Shown here: piece by piece, positions 11,850 to 25,908 of the stretch
Layout: the number at the start of each line of letters is the position of its first letter
Position numbering within the stretch: position 1 is the stretch's first letter
NCBI GenBank assembly: GCA_030141605.1
Contig: JAQGDQ010001601.1
Span: 1 to 32,883, forward strand
Direction: 5' to 3'
DNA length: 32,883 nt
Source of the DNA: Tubiluchus corallicola
Lineage: Eukaryota; Animalia; Priapulida
Notes under the pieces: generated by a model
Seen by the model: the letters and a program-made list of their open reading frames with translations, nothing else
Databases searched by the model: none
What the model was told of the DNA's origin: nothing
Position numbers and translations under genes: made by a program

Positions 11850-11990
11850 ATTCAATTCAATTGAAAACGCGCATTTATTTCCATATTCATGATATAACTG
11901 AGGTAAGTAAATGTATTTAATTATCACAATGCAAATAGGATGCCGAAAGACCAAGAAGGTCAACTAGTCAAGCTGTCCTTCAATGGATGT
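11850..11990 (-). mobile_element. Possible 3' tail of a CR1/L2-group LINE
   Basis: Minus strand reads stem-like aaggacagcttgactagttgaccttcttggtctttc ... gaaataaa ... ttgaattgaatt (poly(A) signal then short tandem tail). Resemblance only. Mirror copy at ~20895-21035. Confidence 0.3.
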
Positions 11991-13291
11991 ACGTGATTAT
12001 TGGGATGACACTGTAGCTATTCCACTCATGAATAGTAGTGAAATTACATTATTACTATTTTACTTAGCAACTTGATCTGTTTAAAATTCACTAATCAACT
12101 TTAAATAACTGAAGGATGAAAATGCAATCAAAAATATCTAAACATACAGGAAAATGATGAAGAAAAAGCAATGGTAAGCAAAAGCCAAATAATGTGGTAC
12201 AAATGAATATAAAAATGATCAAAGAATTGGTAAAGAAATCGATTTTTTTATAAACCTCATACGTAATTAGTTACAAGACATTTGCGAGCGTGAGTATTTC
12301 AGACATTTTGGCACTGAGTCTGAGAATCTTTGAAGTTTGGTACAAAAAAAATTCTAAATTAAACTTACTTGAAACATATAACTGATCACTCAATCATGAT
12401 TTGTTGTTTTTCATTTTCAAAAACTTCCCCTCTAGTATAATAATATTTTTATTACTTCCCACCCGTATTTATATTCGTATATATTGTAATATTGTATCTG
12501 TATATGTTGTAATTTTTTCGTAACTAATTCTAGTGGCCTACCATAAGCTAGCTTCTTAGGTCTCTAGCGCAGAATTCATGAATTGTATCATATTTTTGTA
12601 TTAACATGTGTGTGCGTGTGTTTATTGCGAAATAAATCTATTAAATTTAAAAATTTAATATTAGTTGTGGTTTTGTGGTAAGAATCTTAACATTTATGAT
12701 TATGATAAAGGAATATGAATACGTGTGTTGAGCTAATCTTTCAAGCTTGCTGTTTTATTTTTCACACTGTCTAAACGAAAGTGAATAAAAGTGACATAAT
12801 TTAGACTTGTACCACGCTACTTTCAGTAACACGACACAGTTTCAGTAACGACGCATAGCATGGCGGTGCTGCATGAATGATTCAAGCTGTTCATCTCGGT
12901 CAGTGGAACGGATGACAAATCACAGCTATCATAGAATGCTGATGCTACGTGTCATCTCCATACTTCCAAGGACCTTGGGTGTCTACCACAGCGACCCCCA
13001 TACTTGTAACTAGTGTGCTCAAGTTCTGCTTAATTTTCTTGTAGAGTTTAAATGTTACTTTCATAATTATTATTGCACTAACGTCGCTTACCACACAAGG
13101 AAGTAACAATAGAGAATAAAATATTAAGCAATGCATTATTAACGCGAATTGGTACAGTGTAAAGAGTTGCACTGAGACGTTTTATATTACGTAACTACAG
13201 CCTTAGCTAATTATGCCTATCATAAGTATTATAAACAGTCATACAAACGCCTATAATAAATAATATAGATAGTTTTATAGGTGCTTTATTG

Positions 13292-13769
13292 AACCTAGCC
13301 ACTGGGGGGGGGGCAAGCCAGCCCAACTCAGTGCCGGTCCCAAACCCGGATAAATAGAGAGGGTTAGGGTCAGGAAGGGCATCCGCCTGTCCGCCTGCTG
13401 TAAAAACTGCGCTAAAACCTTCTATGAATGAGTCTCCACAAAGAAGTGGTCAGACCCGGTCTATTCTATGGGCTGGAAGCAGCTTCTCTAAAGAAGACCG
13501 AAGAGAAGGAAATGGATGTGGTGGAGATGAGGATGTTGAGATGGATGGTGGGAATAACAAGAAGAGATAAAATTAGAAATAATAATATCAGAGGAACAGT
13601 AAAAGTAGTGGAAGCCTTGCAAGATTGCGATGGTATGGACACCTGAAAAGAAGAGTCGGTGAAGATCTTGTGGGAAGGGAAGACATAAATGAAGAGATGG
13701 TCAACAACAGGAATGCGTGGAGAAGACTCATTCACGACCCCGCATAGGGAAAAGCTGGGAAGAAGAATA
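13292..13769 (+). mobile_element. Bipartite, internally deleted RTE-clade (Expander/Rex3-like) non-LTR retroelement
   Basis: 16-bp TSD tataggtgctttattg (13276-13291 and 13770-13785). RTE-type 5' UTR, then ORF C-terminal remnants VVRPGLFYGLE...EMRMLRWMVGITRRDKIRN..IRG, frameshifted ARLRWYGHLKRR and NRNAWRRLI..DP*, ending in a gaagaagaa tail. Confidence 0.88.
13318..13366 (+). ncRNA. Twister (P1-type) self-cleaving ribozyme, degenerate copy
   Basis: gcccaactcagt-gccggtcccaaacccgg-ataaa-taga-gaggg-tt follows the twister core UAAC..UGCCGGUCCCAAGCCCGGAUAAA..GAGGG. Deviations: CAA for UAA, AAAC for AAGC, imperfect P2. Confidence 0.7.
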
Positions 13770-14429
13770 TATAGGTGCTTTATTGCTGGAGAAATTGTTG
13801 TGCATATTAAAGTCGACAATTTATTAACTAGTTACACTTGCTGAAAGAACTACAGTAAAAATGTAGCTATAAACGCTCATTATTCTTGCTAAGCACATGC
13901 ATTAGTCTATGATAGATAGGGTACGAAATATTTCAATGCAATTTAACTGCGTTAATTACTCTCTAAACTGTCATACTGATTAGTCGGAAATGGATAAAAT
14001 ATTTCCCAGGTAAAGAAATAAATCAAAAAGGTCGACAGATAAAAAAGTGAACGTGTGTCAGTTGTGAAAGTAGCAGTCGGAAGTCCAGCAATTTTTGGGA
14101 AATAATAGCATTGAAATGGGTGCATTAGTAACCGTCGATTACCTATGTGGGCTGCTAGACTGGTGCATTCCGAATTAAGTTTAATTAACTACAGTACCTT
14201 CAGTTTTGATTAATAAAAGCTCATTGTTATAGTAAAATTTTCAGATACACGCAAAGCAAAAACGTTTACGATAAACGTCTGTAGTTTATATGAAAGTAGT
14301 TTATAACCTTGGAAGGCGGGACAATCTAGAATTTGATCTTGAGACGTGTTCCGCATCTAGGCTGCCTGACAGAGAAAATCGCGATATGACATTAACCCTT
14401 CTATCACGGGTTGTCCGCGAAGTGTAACA

Positions 14430-14703
14430 AAATTCAGCTGTACTCCACGGCCCCATTGTCGTCAACGTTCAATAAAGGGTTGACAATGGCTAGCTAGCTG
14501 TGACGGATGCCGCACTGATGGTACCTATGCAAGAGATGGTACCTATATGAGTTCAAGGTTGAAGATGCGGCTGCTGTTGTTGTTTCTGTACTATATAGAG
14601 CCTGAATAATTAGCGTCCGTCTACCTGCAATCAGTTAGCTAGTTTTGTAGACAGGTGACAGGTGTGCTTTTTGTTTAGAAGTGAGTGTCCCACAAAGGTA
14701 AGT
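14430..14703 (+). promoter_or_regulatory. Candidate promoter / non-coding first exon pointing toward the palindrome centre
   Basis: Locally CpG-richer; tatatag at 14592, Inr-like tcagtt at 14631, tandem caggtg E-boxes, consensus donor aag|gtaagt at 14697/14698. Motif evidence only. Mirror donor at 18142/18141. Confidence 0.3.
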
Positions 14704-15382
14704 TGTCGCTAGTGAAAAAATTAGTGTTGTACATAATAATAATAACTATAAAAAAGTTAAGTGTTGGGCGAAAAACAGGCTGTACCGCATCTCACAAATT
14801 GTTACTGTTGCAATTTTATCATTGAATACAGTTATGTAATCGTTCTGTAGTTTTCCACAATATTTATACGCATTTATGTAAGCGCATGTGTGAATTATTA
14901 CCAATTTGTCATTTTATTGTAAAAACTGAAAAATAACTTGAAAAATAAAGCCTACTGGAAGTAATTGGGCAATTTTTTGGTTAAAAGTGCTTTGAAACTA
15001 AAACTTAAAATTCAATTTTTTGTCACATAGCGTAGAGTGAGTGTAAAGCAAAAGAAAAACATACTATTATAGCTCAATAGTTTGTACTGTTATCACTAAA
15101 ACACAGCACCTCTTTATCAATATTCAAGTCTAAATTAAAAAAAAACATTTAATGACTCGTTTTGAATATCCGACATACGAACACGATGATACTTACTCAA
15201 ATCATAATTTCATTTTTCCTAGACCTTACTAAACTAGTTTATATTTTGTTTTTGAATTTCTAGTTGCACTTATAGTTTAGCTTGCACCAGACGCATTTGC
15301 CCAGAACAGTGTATGAACTAACACTGATTGTCTGTCTTTTAATATGATGGTCAATGTTTTTAAAATGGCAAATAAAGATTTT

Positions 15383-16170
<788 letters not shown>

Positions 16171-17077
16171 GTTTTAACAACTAGGACAACTCTCATGAGA
16201 ATAGCGACCATGTCACCTCCTTTTATGTTGATGATAATAAAAATTAAAATGTTTAACGACGAGGAAAAGAAAGAAAAAGAAAATTAACTAATGCAAAGAA
16301 GACTTAAGAAATGTAAATTTAAATTTTCTGAAAAAAAAGTTGTTAAGCTAAACGGAATTGTTTAATTATCATTAATACTTTACTTATTATTTAAAAAAAA
16401 ATAAAGTGTAAAACCGAGAGCAGAAACCTACTATTAAAACAGCAAGACTGACTGCAATTCCAAAGCAGACATGCATCTTCTTGTTCCTTCCGTGCCCTAA
16501 AAAATTCAAATTGCAAATTAAACATTTCTAACAAAATACAAGGTGTCCAAGAAGCCAACTATATACTTTAAATTTTCTACATTTTTTTACAAATCAAACA
16601 AAACGTTTGAAAATTGATAAAGACTGGACTAAAACCCTGGGCAATTCTTCAGTCAAATTAGAAGAAAATTTGAAAGGAACTGCTGCAGTAGCAGGCTTTG
16701 CTATTTTCGCTACCATCGCCAGTGACTCCAAGAGCCTCAGAGACCACGGCAACGGCAACGGCAAGTCGGGCGTCTTGTATTGAGAAAGTTTCTTACAGTC
16801 CGTGCTTGAAGAATTAGAATTCAAAGCGTACAGTGACTTTTGACAGAGCTTACATTTATATTGTATTATCGTTTGGCATCCCACACACGAGCCTATACAT
16901 GTTTTCCAATGTTAATAATGCCCTCATGGAGGTATTGTGCTTCAATTAAGAACCAGAATCTCCCTGATGACACGTTCTAACCTCGTATAAGGTTTTGGCT
17001 TCTTCCAGGGCAGGAAACTGCAGCAGATTATCTCACTTTAACCCAATCAGCATTCCTTTGTCCAATACTGTCAAACA

Positions 17078-17458
<381 letters not shown>

Positions 17459-19069
17459 AAATCTTTATTTGCCATTTTAAAAACATTGACCATCATATTA
17501 AAAGACAGACAATCAGTGTTAGTTCATACACTGTTCTGGGCAAATGCGTCTGGTGCAAGCTAAACTATAAGTGCAACTAGAAATTCAAAAACAAAATATA
17601 AACTAGTTTAGTAAGGTCTAGGAAAAATGAAATTATGATTTGAGTAAGTATCATCGTGTTCGTATGTCGGATATTCAAAACGAGTCGTTAAATGTTTTTT
17701 TTAATTTAGACTTGAATATTGATAAAGAGGTGCTGTGTTTTAGTGATAACAGTACAAACTATTGAGCTATAATAGTATGTTTTTCTTTTGCTTTACACTC
17801 ACTCTACGCTATGTGACAAAAAATTGAATTTTAAGTTTTAGTTTCAAAGCACTTTTAACCAAAAAATTGCCCAATTACTTCCAGTAGGCTTTATTTTTCA
17901 AGTTATTTTTCAGTTTTTACAATAAAATGACAAATTGGTAATAATTCACACATGCGCTTACATAAATGCGTATAAATATTGTGGAAAACTACAGAACGAT
18001 TACATAACTGTATTCAATGATAAAATTGCAACAGTAACAATTTGTGAGATGCGGTACAGCCTGTTTTTCGCCCAACACTTAACTTTTTTATAGTTATTAT
18101 TATTATGTACAACACTAATTTTTTCACTAGCGACAACTTACCTTTGTGGGACACTCACTTCTAAACAAAAAGCACACCTGTCACCTGTCTACAAAACTAG
18201 CTAACTGATTGCAGGTAGACGGACGCTAATTATTCAGGCTCTATATAGTACAGAAACAACAACAGCAGCCGCATCTTCAACCTTGAACTCATATAGGTAC
18301 CATCTCTTGCATAGGTACCATCAGTGCGGCATCCGTCACAGCTAGCTAGCCATTGTCAACCCTTTATTGAACGTTGACGACAATGGGGCCGTGGAGTACA
18401 GCTGAATTTTGTTACACTTCGCGGACAACCCGTGATAGAAGGGTTAATGTCATATCGCGATTTTCTCTGTCAGGCAGCCTAGATGCGGAACACGTCTCAA
18501 GATCAAATTCTAGATTGTCCCGCCTTCCAAGGTTATAAACTACTTTCATATAAACTACAGACGTTTATCGTAAACGTTTTTGCTTTGCGTGTATCTGAAA
18601 ATTTTACTATAACAATGAGCTTTTATTAATCAAAACTGAAGGTACTGTAGTTAATTAAACTTAATTCGGAATGCACCAGTCTAGCAGCCCACATAGGTAA
18701 TCGACGGTTACTAATGCACCCATTTCAATGCTATTATTTCCCAAAAATTGCTGGACTTCCGACTGCTACTTTCACAACTGACACACGTTCACTTTTTTAT
18801 CTGTCGACCTTTTTGATTTATTTCTTTACCTGGGAAATATTTTATCCATTTCCGACTAATCAGTATGACAGTTTAGAGAGTAATTAACGCAGTTAAATTG
18901 CATTGAAATATTTCGTACCCTATCTATCATAGACTAATGCATGTGCTTAGCAAGAATAATGAGCGTTTATAGCTACATTTTTACTGTAGTTCTTTCAGCA
19001 AGTGTAACTAGTTAATAAATTGTCGACTTTAATATGCACAACAATTTCTCCAGCAATAAAGCACCTATA

Positions 19070-19547
19070 TATTCTTCTTCCCAGCTTTTCCCTATGCGGG
19101 GTCGTGAATGAGTCTTCTCCACGCATTCCTGTTGTTGACCATCTCTTCATTTATGTCTTCCCTTCCCACAAGATCTTCACCGACTCTTCTTTTCAGGTGT
19201 CCATACCATCGCAATCTTGCAAGGCTTCCACTACTTTTACTGTTCCTCTGATATTATTATTTCTAATTTTATCTCTTCTTGTTATTCCCACCATCCATCT
19301 CAACATCCTCATCTCCACCACATCCATTTCCTTCTCTTCGGTCTTCTTTAGAGAAGCTGCTTCCAGCCCATAGAATAGACCGGGTCTGACCACTTCTTTG
19401 TGGAGACTCATTCATAGAAGGTTTTAGCGCAGTTTTTACAGCAGGCGGACAGGCGGATGCCCTTCCTGACCCTAACCCTCTCTATTTATCCGGGTTTGGG
19501 ACCGGCACTGAGTTGGGCTGGCTTGCCCCCCCCCCAGTGGCTAGGTT
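19070..19547 (-). mobile_element. Bipartite RTE-clade retroelement (mirror copy)
   Basis: Reverse complement of 13292-13769 with the same TSD. Confidence 0.88.
19473..19521 (-). ncRNA. Twister ribozyme, degenerate (mirror copy)
   Basis: Reverse complement of 13318-13366. Confidence 0.7.
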
Positions 19548-20334
19548 CAATAAAGCACCTATAAAACTATCTATATTATTTATTATAGGCGTTTGTATGA
19601 CTGTTTATAATACTTATGATAGGCATAATTAGCTAAGGCTGTAGTTACGTAATATAAAACGTCTCAGTGCAACTCTTTACACTGTACCAATTCGCGTTAA
19701 TAATGCATTGCTTAATATTTTATTCTCTATTGTTACTTCCTTGTGTGGTAAGCGACGTTAGTGCAATAATAATTATGAAAGTAACATTTAAACTCTACAA
19801 GAAAATTAAGCAGAACTTGAGCACACTAGTTACAAGTATGGGGGTCGCTGTGGTAGACACCCAAGGTCCTTGGAAGTATGGAGATGACACGTAGCATCAG
19901 CATTCTATGATAGCTGTGATTTGTCATCCGTTCCACTGACCGAGATGAACAGCTTGAATCATTCATGCAGCACCGCCATGCTATGCGTCGTTACTGAAAC
20001 TGTGTCGTGTTACTGAAAGTAGCGTGGTACAAGTCTAAATTATGTCACTTTTATTCACTTTCGTTTAGACAGTGTGAAAAATAAAACAGCAAGCTTGAAA
20101 GATTAGCTCAACACACGTATTCATATTCCTTTATCATAATCATAAATGTTAAGATTCTTACCACAAAACCACAACTAATATTAAATTTTTAAATTTAATA
20201 GATTTATTTCGCAATAAACACACGCACACACATGTTAATACAAAAATATGATACAATTCATGAATTCTGCGCTAGAGACCTAAGAAGCTAGCTTATGGTA
20301 GGCCACTAGAATTAGTTACGAAAAAATTACAACA

Positions 20335-20403
20335 TATACAGATACAATATTACAATATATACAGATACAAAATTACAATATATACAGATGCAATATTACA
20401 ATA
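20335..20403 (+). repeat. 3 x 23-bp tandem repeat tatacagatacaatattacaata (single copy in the left arm)
   Basis: Units 20335-20357, 20358-20380, 20381-20403; accounts for the 46-bp shift in mirror coordinate sum (32885 to 32839). Confidence 0.93.
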
Positions 20404-21354
20404 TATACGAATATAAATACGGGTGGGAAGTAATAAAAATATTATTATACTAGAGGGGAAGTTTTTGAAAATGAAAAACAACAAATCATGATTGAGTGAT
20501 CAGTTATATGTTTCAAGTAAGTTTAATTTAGAATTTTTTTTGTACCAAACTTCAAAGATTCTCAGACTCAGTGCCAAAATGTCTGAAATACTCACGCTCG
20601 CAAATGTCTTGTAACTAATTACGTATGAGGTTTATAAAAAAATCGATTTCTTTACCAATTCTTTGATCATTTTTATATTCATTTGTACCACATTATTTGG
20701 CTTTTGCTTACCATTGCTTTTTCTTCATCATTTTCCTGTATGTTTAGATATTTTTAATTGCATTTCCATCTTACAGTTATTTAAAGTTGATTAGTGAATT
20801 TTAAACAGATCAAGTTGCTAAGTAAAATAGTAATAATGTAATTTCACTACTATTCATGAGTGGAATAGCTACAGTGTCATCCCAATAATCACGTACATCC
20901 ATTGAAGGACAGCTTGACTAGTTGACCTTCTTGGTCTTTCGGCATCCTATTTGCATTGTGATAATTAAATACATTTACTTACCTCAGTTATATCATGAAT
21001 ATGGAAATAAATGCGCGTTTTCAATTGAATTGAATTTAGTGCCATAATCGTGGCTTATAAGAAAAAAATCGATGTATCAGTTGTTGCTGTTAAGCTATGA
21101 AATGGCCTAGATAACGAAATTTAAGAAAGTAAATGCGTCACTGTGCTCCGAAAAAGAGTTAAATTCGCAGCTATCAAAAGTCACGAATTCAGCAACGAAT
21201 AATTTTAAAAAGAATGTGCGACCCATCTAGTGCAAAATTTAATTTTAGATGTAGTTTTATTATATAATGTAATTTGTGATTTTAGATTAAAAAGTAATTT
21301 TAGGAGTAAAATCTTATTTAATATAATTATAATGAACTAGTATAATATACAGTG

Positions 21355-21895
21355 TAGTGTAATGTGCATGTGTGATGTTATGTAATGTGTGTGCGTGTGT
21401 GTGTGTGCGTGCGCATGTGTGTGATGTTATGTAGTGTGTGTGTGTGTGCGTGTGTGTGTGCATGCGCATGTGTGTGATGTTATGTAATGTGTGTGTGTGT
21501 GCGTGCATGCGTGAGCATGTGTGTGATGTTATGTAATGTGTGTGTGTGTGTGCATGTGTGTGATGTTATGTAATGTGTGTGTGTGTGTGCGTGTGTGCTT
21601 GTGCACATGCATGTGTGATGTTATGTAATGTGTGTGTGTGTGCATGTGTGATATGTTATGTAGTGTGTGTGTATGTGCATGTGTGTGTGTGTGTGCGTGA
21701 TGTTATGTAATGTGTGTGTGTGTGTGCGTGCATGTGTGTGATGTTATGTAATGTGTGTGTGTGCATGCATGTGTGTGATGTTATGTAATGTGTGTGTGTG
21801 CATGTGTGTGTGTGCGTGCATGTGTGTGATGTTATGTAATGTGTACGCATGTGTGTGCGCATGTCTGTGATGTTATGTAATGTGTGTGATGTAAA
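21355..21895 (-). repeat. CA/TG-rich compound minisatellite (mirror copy)
   Basis: Reverse complement of 10990-11530, same length. Confidence 0.92.
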
Positions 21896-22676
21896 TTGTA
21901 CAATGTAATGCATTGTCTATAATGGTAGACAGGAACATCAAAAATTACTTTTCTGAACGGTGTTGTTCACAGATTGCACAAGTCTTACCTCTCCTTTATA
22001 AAATTACTAAAAAACCTTTATAGCTAAATGTTTGTCTTATCAGCATATTGAGAAATATATTATTTAGTATTATTGTCCAAGTCAGTAGATTTGTTCTTAA
22101 TCAATAAGCCTAGAAATAATGAAGTTGAACTCAAATCAAAATGTATTTAACTCCTGTTGTTGATTAATAGCATTATTAACCCAAATGTTTTTATCATTTC
22201 ATAACAATTTTCACCTGTATTTCACATAAAATCTAAATACAATTTTTAGTTTAATCAAGATTGACCTTATTTTGTTGCCCGCTAATTAAACTACATGTAT
22301 ATTCTTTTCTCTGGATTATATAGAAAATGTCATAATTTTAAAAATTACTATTGTTTCCCAAATTAAACTGATAACATTAATGCCCACCAGTGTCTAAAAA
22401 TCTTTTTATCTATATTCGGTAAAGGATAGCAGACTAGGTGACTTTATAGTCTTTTCGCTATCCTTTCTCTAGTTCTAGATCCATCTATACACTTTAACCA
22501 TTTTTCAAAACTTATTAGAGATTCTTTTATTAATCATATTTTATTGTAACACTATAAAGAGATAAATAAATTGAAACTGAATTGAATAGAAAAACAACTC
22601 AAGGGAAAGGAAAATACAAGTTATTACTTCAACCTCTCTATCCATTTCCTTTGCTTTTATTGTTTTATGTGCAGAA

Positions 22677-22796
22677 TTCAACGGCCAAATCACGTTGAAA
22701 ACACCAGCTCTCGTCTGATCACCGAAGTTAAGCAACGTAGAGCCTAGTCAGTACTTGGATGGGTGACCGCCTAGGAATACCAGGTGCTGTAGGCTT
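22677..22796 (+). pseudogene. Full-length 5S rRNA-derived sequence (mirror copy)
   Basis: Reverse complement of 10089-10208. Confidence 0.85.
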
Positions 22797-23073
22797 GTGG
22801 GATGCCCACACTGTATCTTGACACTAGGCGGAGGAGTTGCACAAGCAGCCAAAATGGCTAGAGAGCGGAGGAGGTCAAGTGACCCAACGGCCATGTGTAG
22901 AGGAGTAAACCTTTCAAATCAGGAGTGGAGCACCGAAGGCGGACCAGTGCAGCATGCTCACTGACTCCGACAGCTCCTGCAACCGCCCTGGTGCCAAACG
23001 TATCGCTCCGCTTTCCTTTGGACTACACCAGGGAGAAAGAGAGGGTGTTCCTGTTGTCAGGGCAACTCTGAAT
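22677..23073 (+). mobile_element. 5S rRNA-headed SINE (mirror copy)
   Basis: Reverse complement of 9812-10208. Confidence 0.65.
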
Positions 23074-25788
23074 GTATTTTTATAAGAGTGTGTGCAAATT
23101 TATGTGTAATATATATAATGATTTAACTCACTTGAATAAATAAATTGTAATTACTTAAAAAGAAAATTACATGAGTTCAAAGTTGAAATGAATCCGCCCT
23201 TTTCACATTAACACTAACGTTTACAATGTTCAAAAGCTATATTCACTTTGCAATATATATTGATAAGCAAATTAAAAATGACTTACCAAATACAAAACAA
23301 AAAATTATTGTATTAGTTAAATGAGATTTGATTTATTTTTGTATATTCTTTTTTTCACTTCCACTACTGAAAGTGTTCAAATCTCTACATATGTACAATA
23401 GAAATAAAATGTTAAAGGAAAACTGAATGATCGTGTAAACATTGGTTCAAAATAAAGAATGCTCAAAAATATTGAAAACTACAACAGCTTGTTTTAAATC
23501 AAAGCTTACATTTAATAATAATTACCTCGGAAACTTAAATTCCGTTAAACTTTCAAAGCTACGCGCGGCTCAGTGAATCCACTAAGATTGGCAGCTACGC
23601 GTTTTTCTCACATCTGCGTGGCCGACAAATAGAAGGCGGTACAGTGACAACCATGATCATCAACTGCAGTGTTAGTTTCTGACGTCATATAATGTATGAT
23701 GTATGATGAGCTCATTTTCATGACATCACATCAGTATCTTATAGCTATCTTCGCTTACGCAAACGTGCTTAATGCAAACGGAAGATGCCTACCATTGCAC
23801 AAACTGTGGTTAGTTTGTGATGTGAGTGATAGCTGTGTTCGGTTACCATTAATTAACTTTCCAAGGCAATTATTCAAATATTAGAAACAGTTGCTAACCT
23901 TTTATGACAAGAAAATGTACATTTTAGACAGTAAATTAAAATGAGATTGAGTGTAATCAATAGTCCCATTTTCCTTTGAACAATTTGTACCGCAATTCAT
24001 TTTCTCTAATGAAATTGACAAACACAAATGCACAATCATGACAAATATGTATATCTTGGCTGCTGTGGGGGTCACAAATTAGCCACACAGAGAAGGACAA
24101 ACACACACATGAAACACTGAGACATGGTTATCATTTTACATATATACATATAAATGTAAATTACCTGTAATATATACATATATATATATCATAATGGGTT
24201 CCAATAACAATTGTATTACAACGTATTGGTTTCCAACGTTAGACTTACGTCATTATTATGTTATTAAACAGTTTAAGACGCTAAATCATTGAAACTCTCC
24301 TGGTAATATTAACTCGTTACAAAATTTAATATTTCTAAGACCTTTATTATTTCAGGTAGCAACAAAGTGATTATTCCCTTTTGGTAATGGCACTTTATAT
24401 ATTATTACAAAAACAAAATGCTATTTATTTTTACCTCCATTGCAGCACCTGTGCCACAAACACAGACAGGCATGAAGCGCACAAGACAAGTTTCGTGGTG
24501 AATTCCTCTTACAAATCTGTCTTTCTTTATGTAGCTGATATACACAACACACACATGTAGAAAAAATTTCTCCTGAACAGGGGAGCAACCCAATATATAG
24601 GACTTTCATATTCTAGCATGAAATCATCAGAAGATTGTCTACAAAATACTAAAAATTAAATTTTGAAACCCCTTACCCACTTTTCTGCCTAAAAACTAGT
24701 ATTGCATTTGTCAAAAACTTGTATTTTCAAACTCCAATAGCAGCCCCTGGAAGCAATCATTTTGCTTACAGTTTTTTCTGTTACCAAGCTCAGATCATTC
24801 CCTGGAAGAGCCATCTACTGGATTTAAACATAACCTGAATCTGCTCTTACTAAACTCCATAGCAGCCACCCTTTTGTGCGGATGCTATTTATAACAATGG
24901 TAAATTTTTAACAGCAATTTTCTTAAATGAAATTGTATTTAACAGCATGCACTTCAACTTCAATGTGTATTATCTCAGGTTAGAAATAACATAGAGCGAT
25001 GAAATGAACAGTAAGGTTTTTGTCAATAACAAGAAAAGCCGACATACATTTTTGCTGTACAAACACAAATTTAACACATTACACACTGTTCTCATTACGG
25101 ATTCCAATTGATAAAAAGGTTGCAGAGGCGATTGAAATGTTTTGGCTTTTAATAAATTATAACAGCGGGTTGGATGCCAGTGTTTATTACACAAGCATTA
25201 TTCAGGCATGATCACAGTCTTTCTTAGTTCTCACTCCATTTCATCTTTTATTCACTACCATCCCCCCCACACATTTATGTATATATTATCATTATTTCTA
25301 TTATTAATCACTTCTTTAAGATTTCCACGTACAGTTTGGCTGTCAGGCTATGCTTTTAGGCTCAAACTACATGCATCAAAATGACTCTGTAATGTAATTT
25401 GCACATGTATATGCTGCATAAGAATCTCTTTTGTAATTTCTGGATAATATTGCATTTATATTTATATTTACTTCAGTGAAAGGATCTGTATTTTTATTTT
25501 AACTGTTAGATGCAGAGTGGAAATAAATAAACTCGTAACTTATAACATATCTACAAGCATAAAGTGTTTGCATAAGCCTGTAGTTAATACTGATAAGTAC
25601 AATCGCAATATAAATCAATGTTCTAGGAGCTACTGACACCTATAGTCAATATTCTGAAACACAAGAAGGCAAGAGTTTTTGTGCAAAGAAATTAAAATGG
25701 CATCAGCTAGCCGTGATTAAATTTTAACATGTGATACACAACGCATCGTGACAGTCAATTATATAAATAACAAATATTTACAAATGAT

Positions 25789-25908
25789 CTATTTTCCTTT
25801 CTTCACATCTCGGCACTGCACCACGTATCGCTGAGCAACATGAAGTGGCGGCGAGTACCCATTTGGATACGAGGTGTCTTCAAACAACACAAGGTACTCT
25901 CCCTGGTG
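25789..25908 (-). CDS. SGF29: SGF29 copy 2 last coding exon
   Basis: Reverse complement of 6977-7096. Confidence 0.94.
   Translation of the reverse strand, partial: HQGEYLVLFEDTSYPNGYSPPLHVAQRYVVQCRDVKKGK

Noticed and set aside
12240-12660. Possible decayed 3' end of a CR1/Crack-type LINE on the plus strand
   Set aside because: Only vague similarity (KLNLLETYN*, stem-loop, aataaa). No RT motif is readable.
14392-14483. Tiny piggyBac-like element ttaa|ccctt ... aaggg|ttga
   Set aside because: Only 5 bp of TIR and an imperfect TTAA; compatible with chance.
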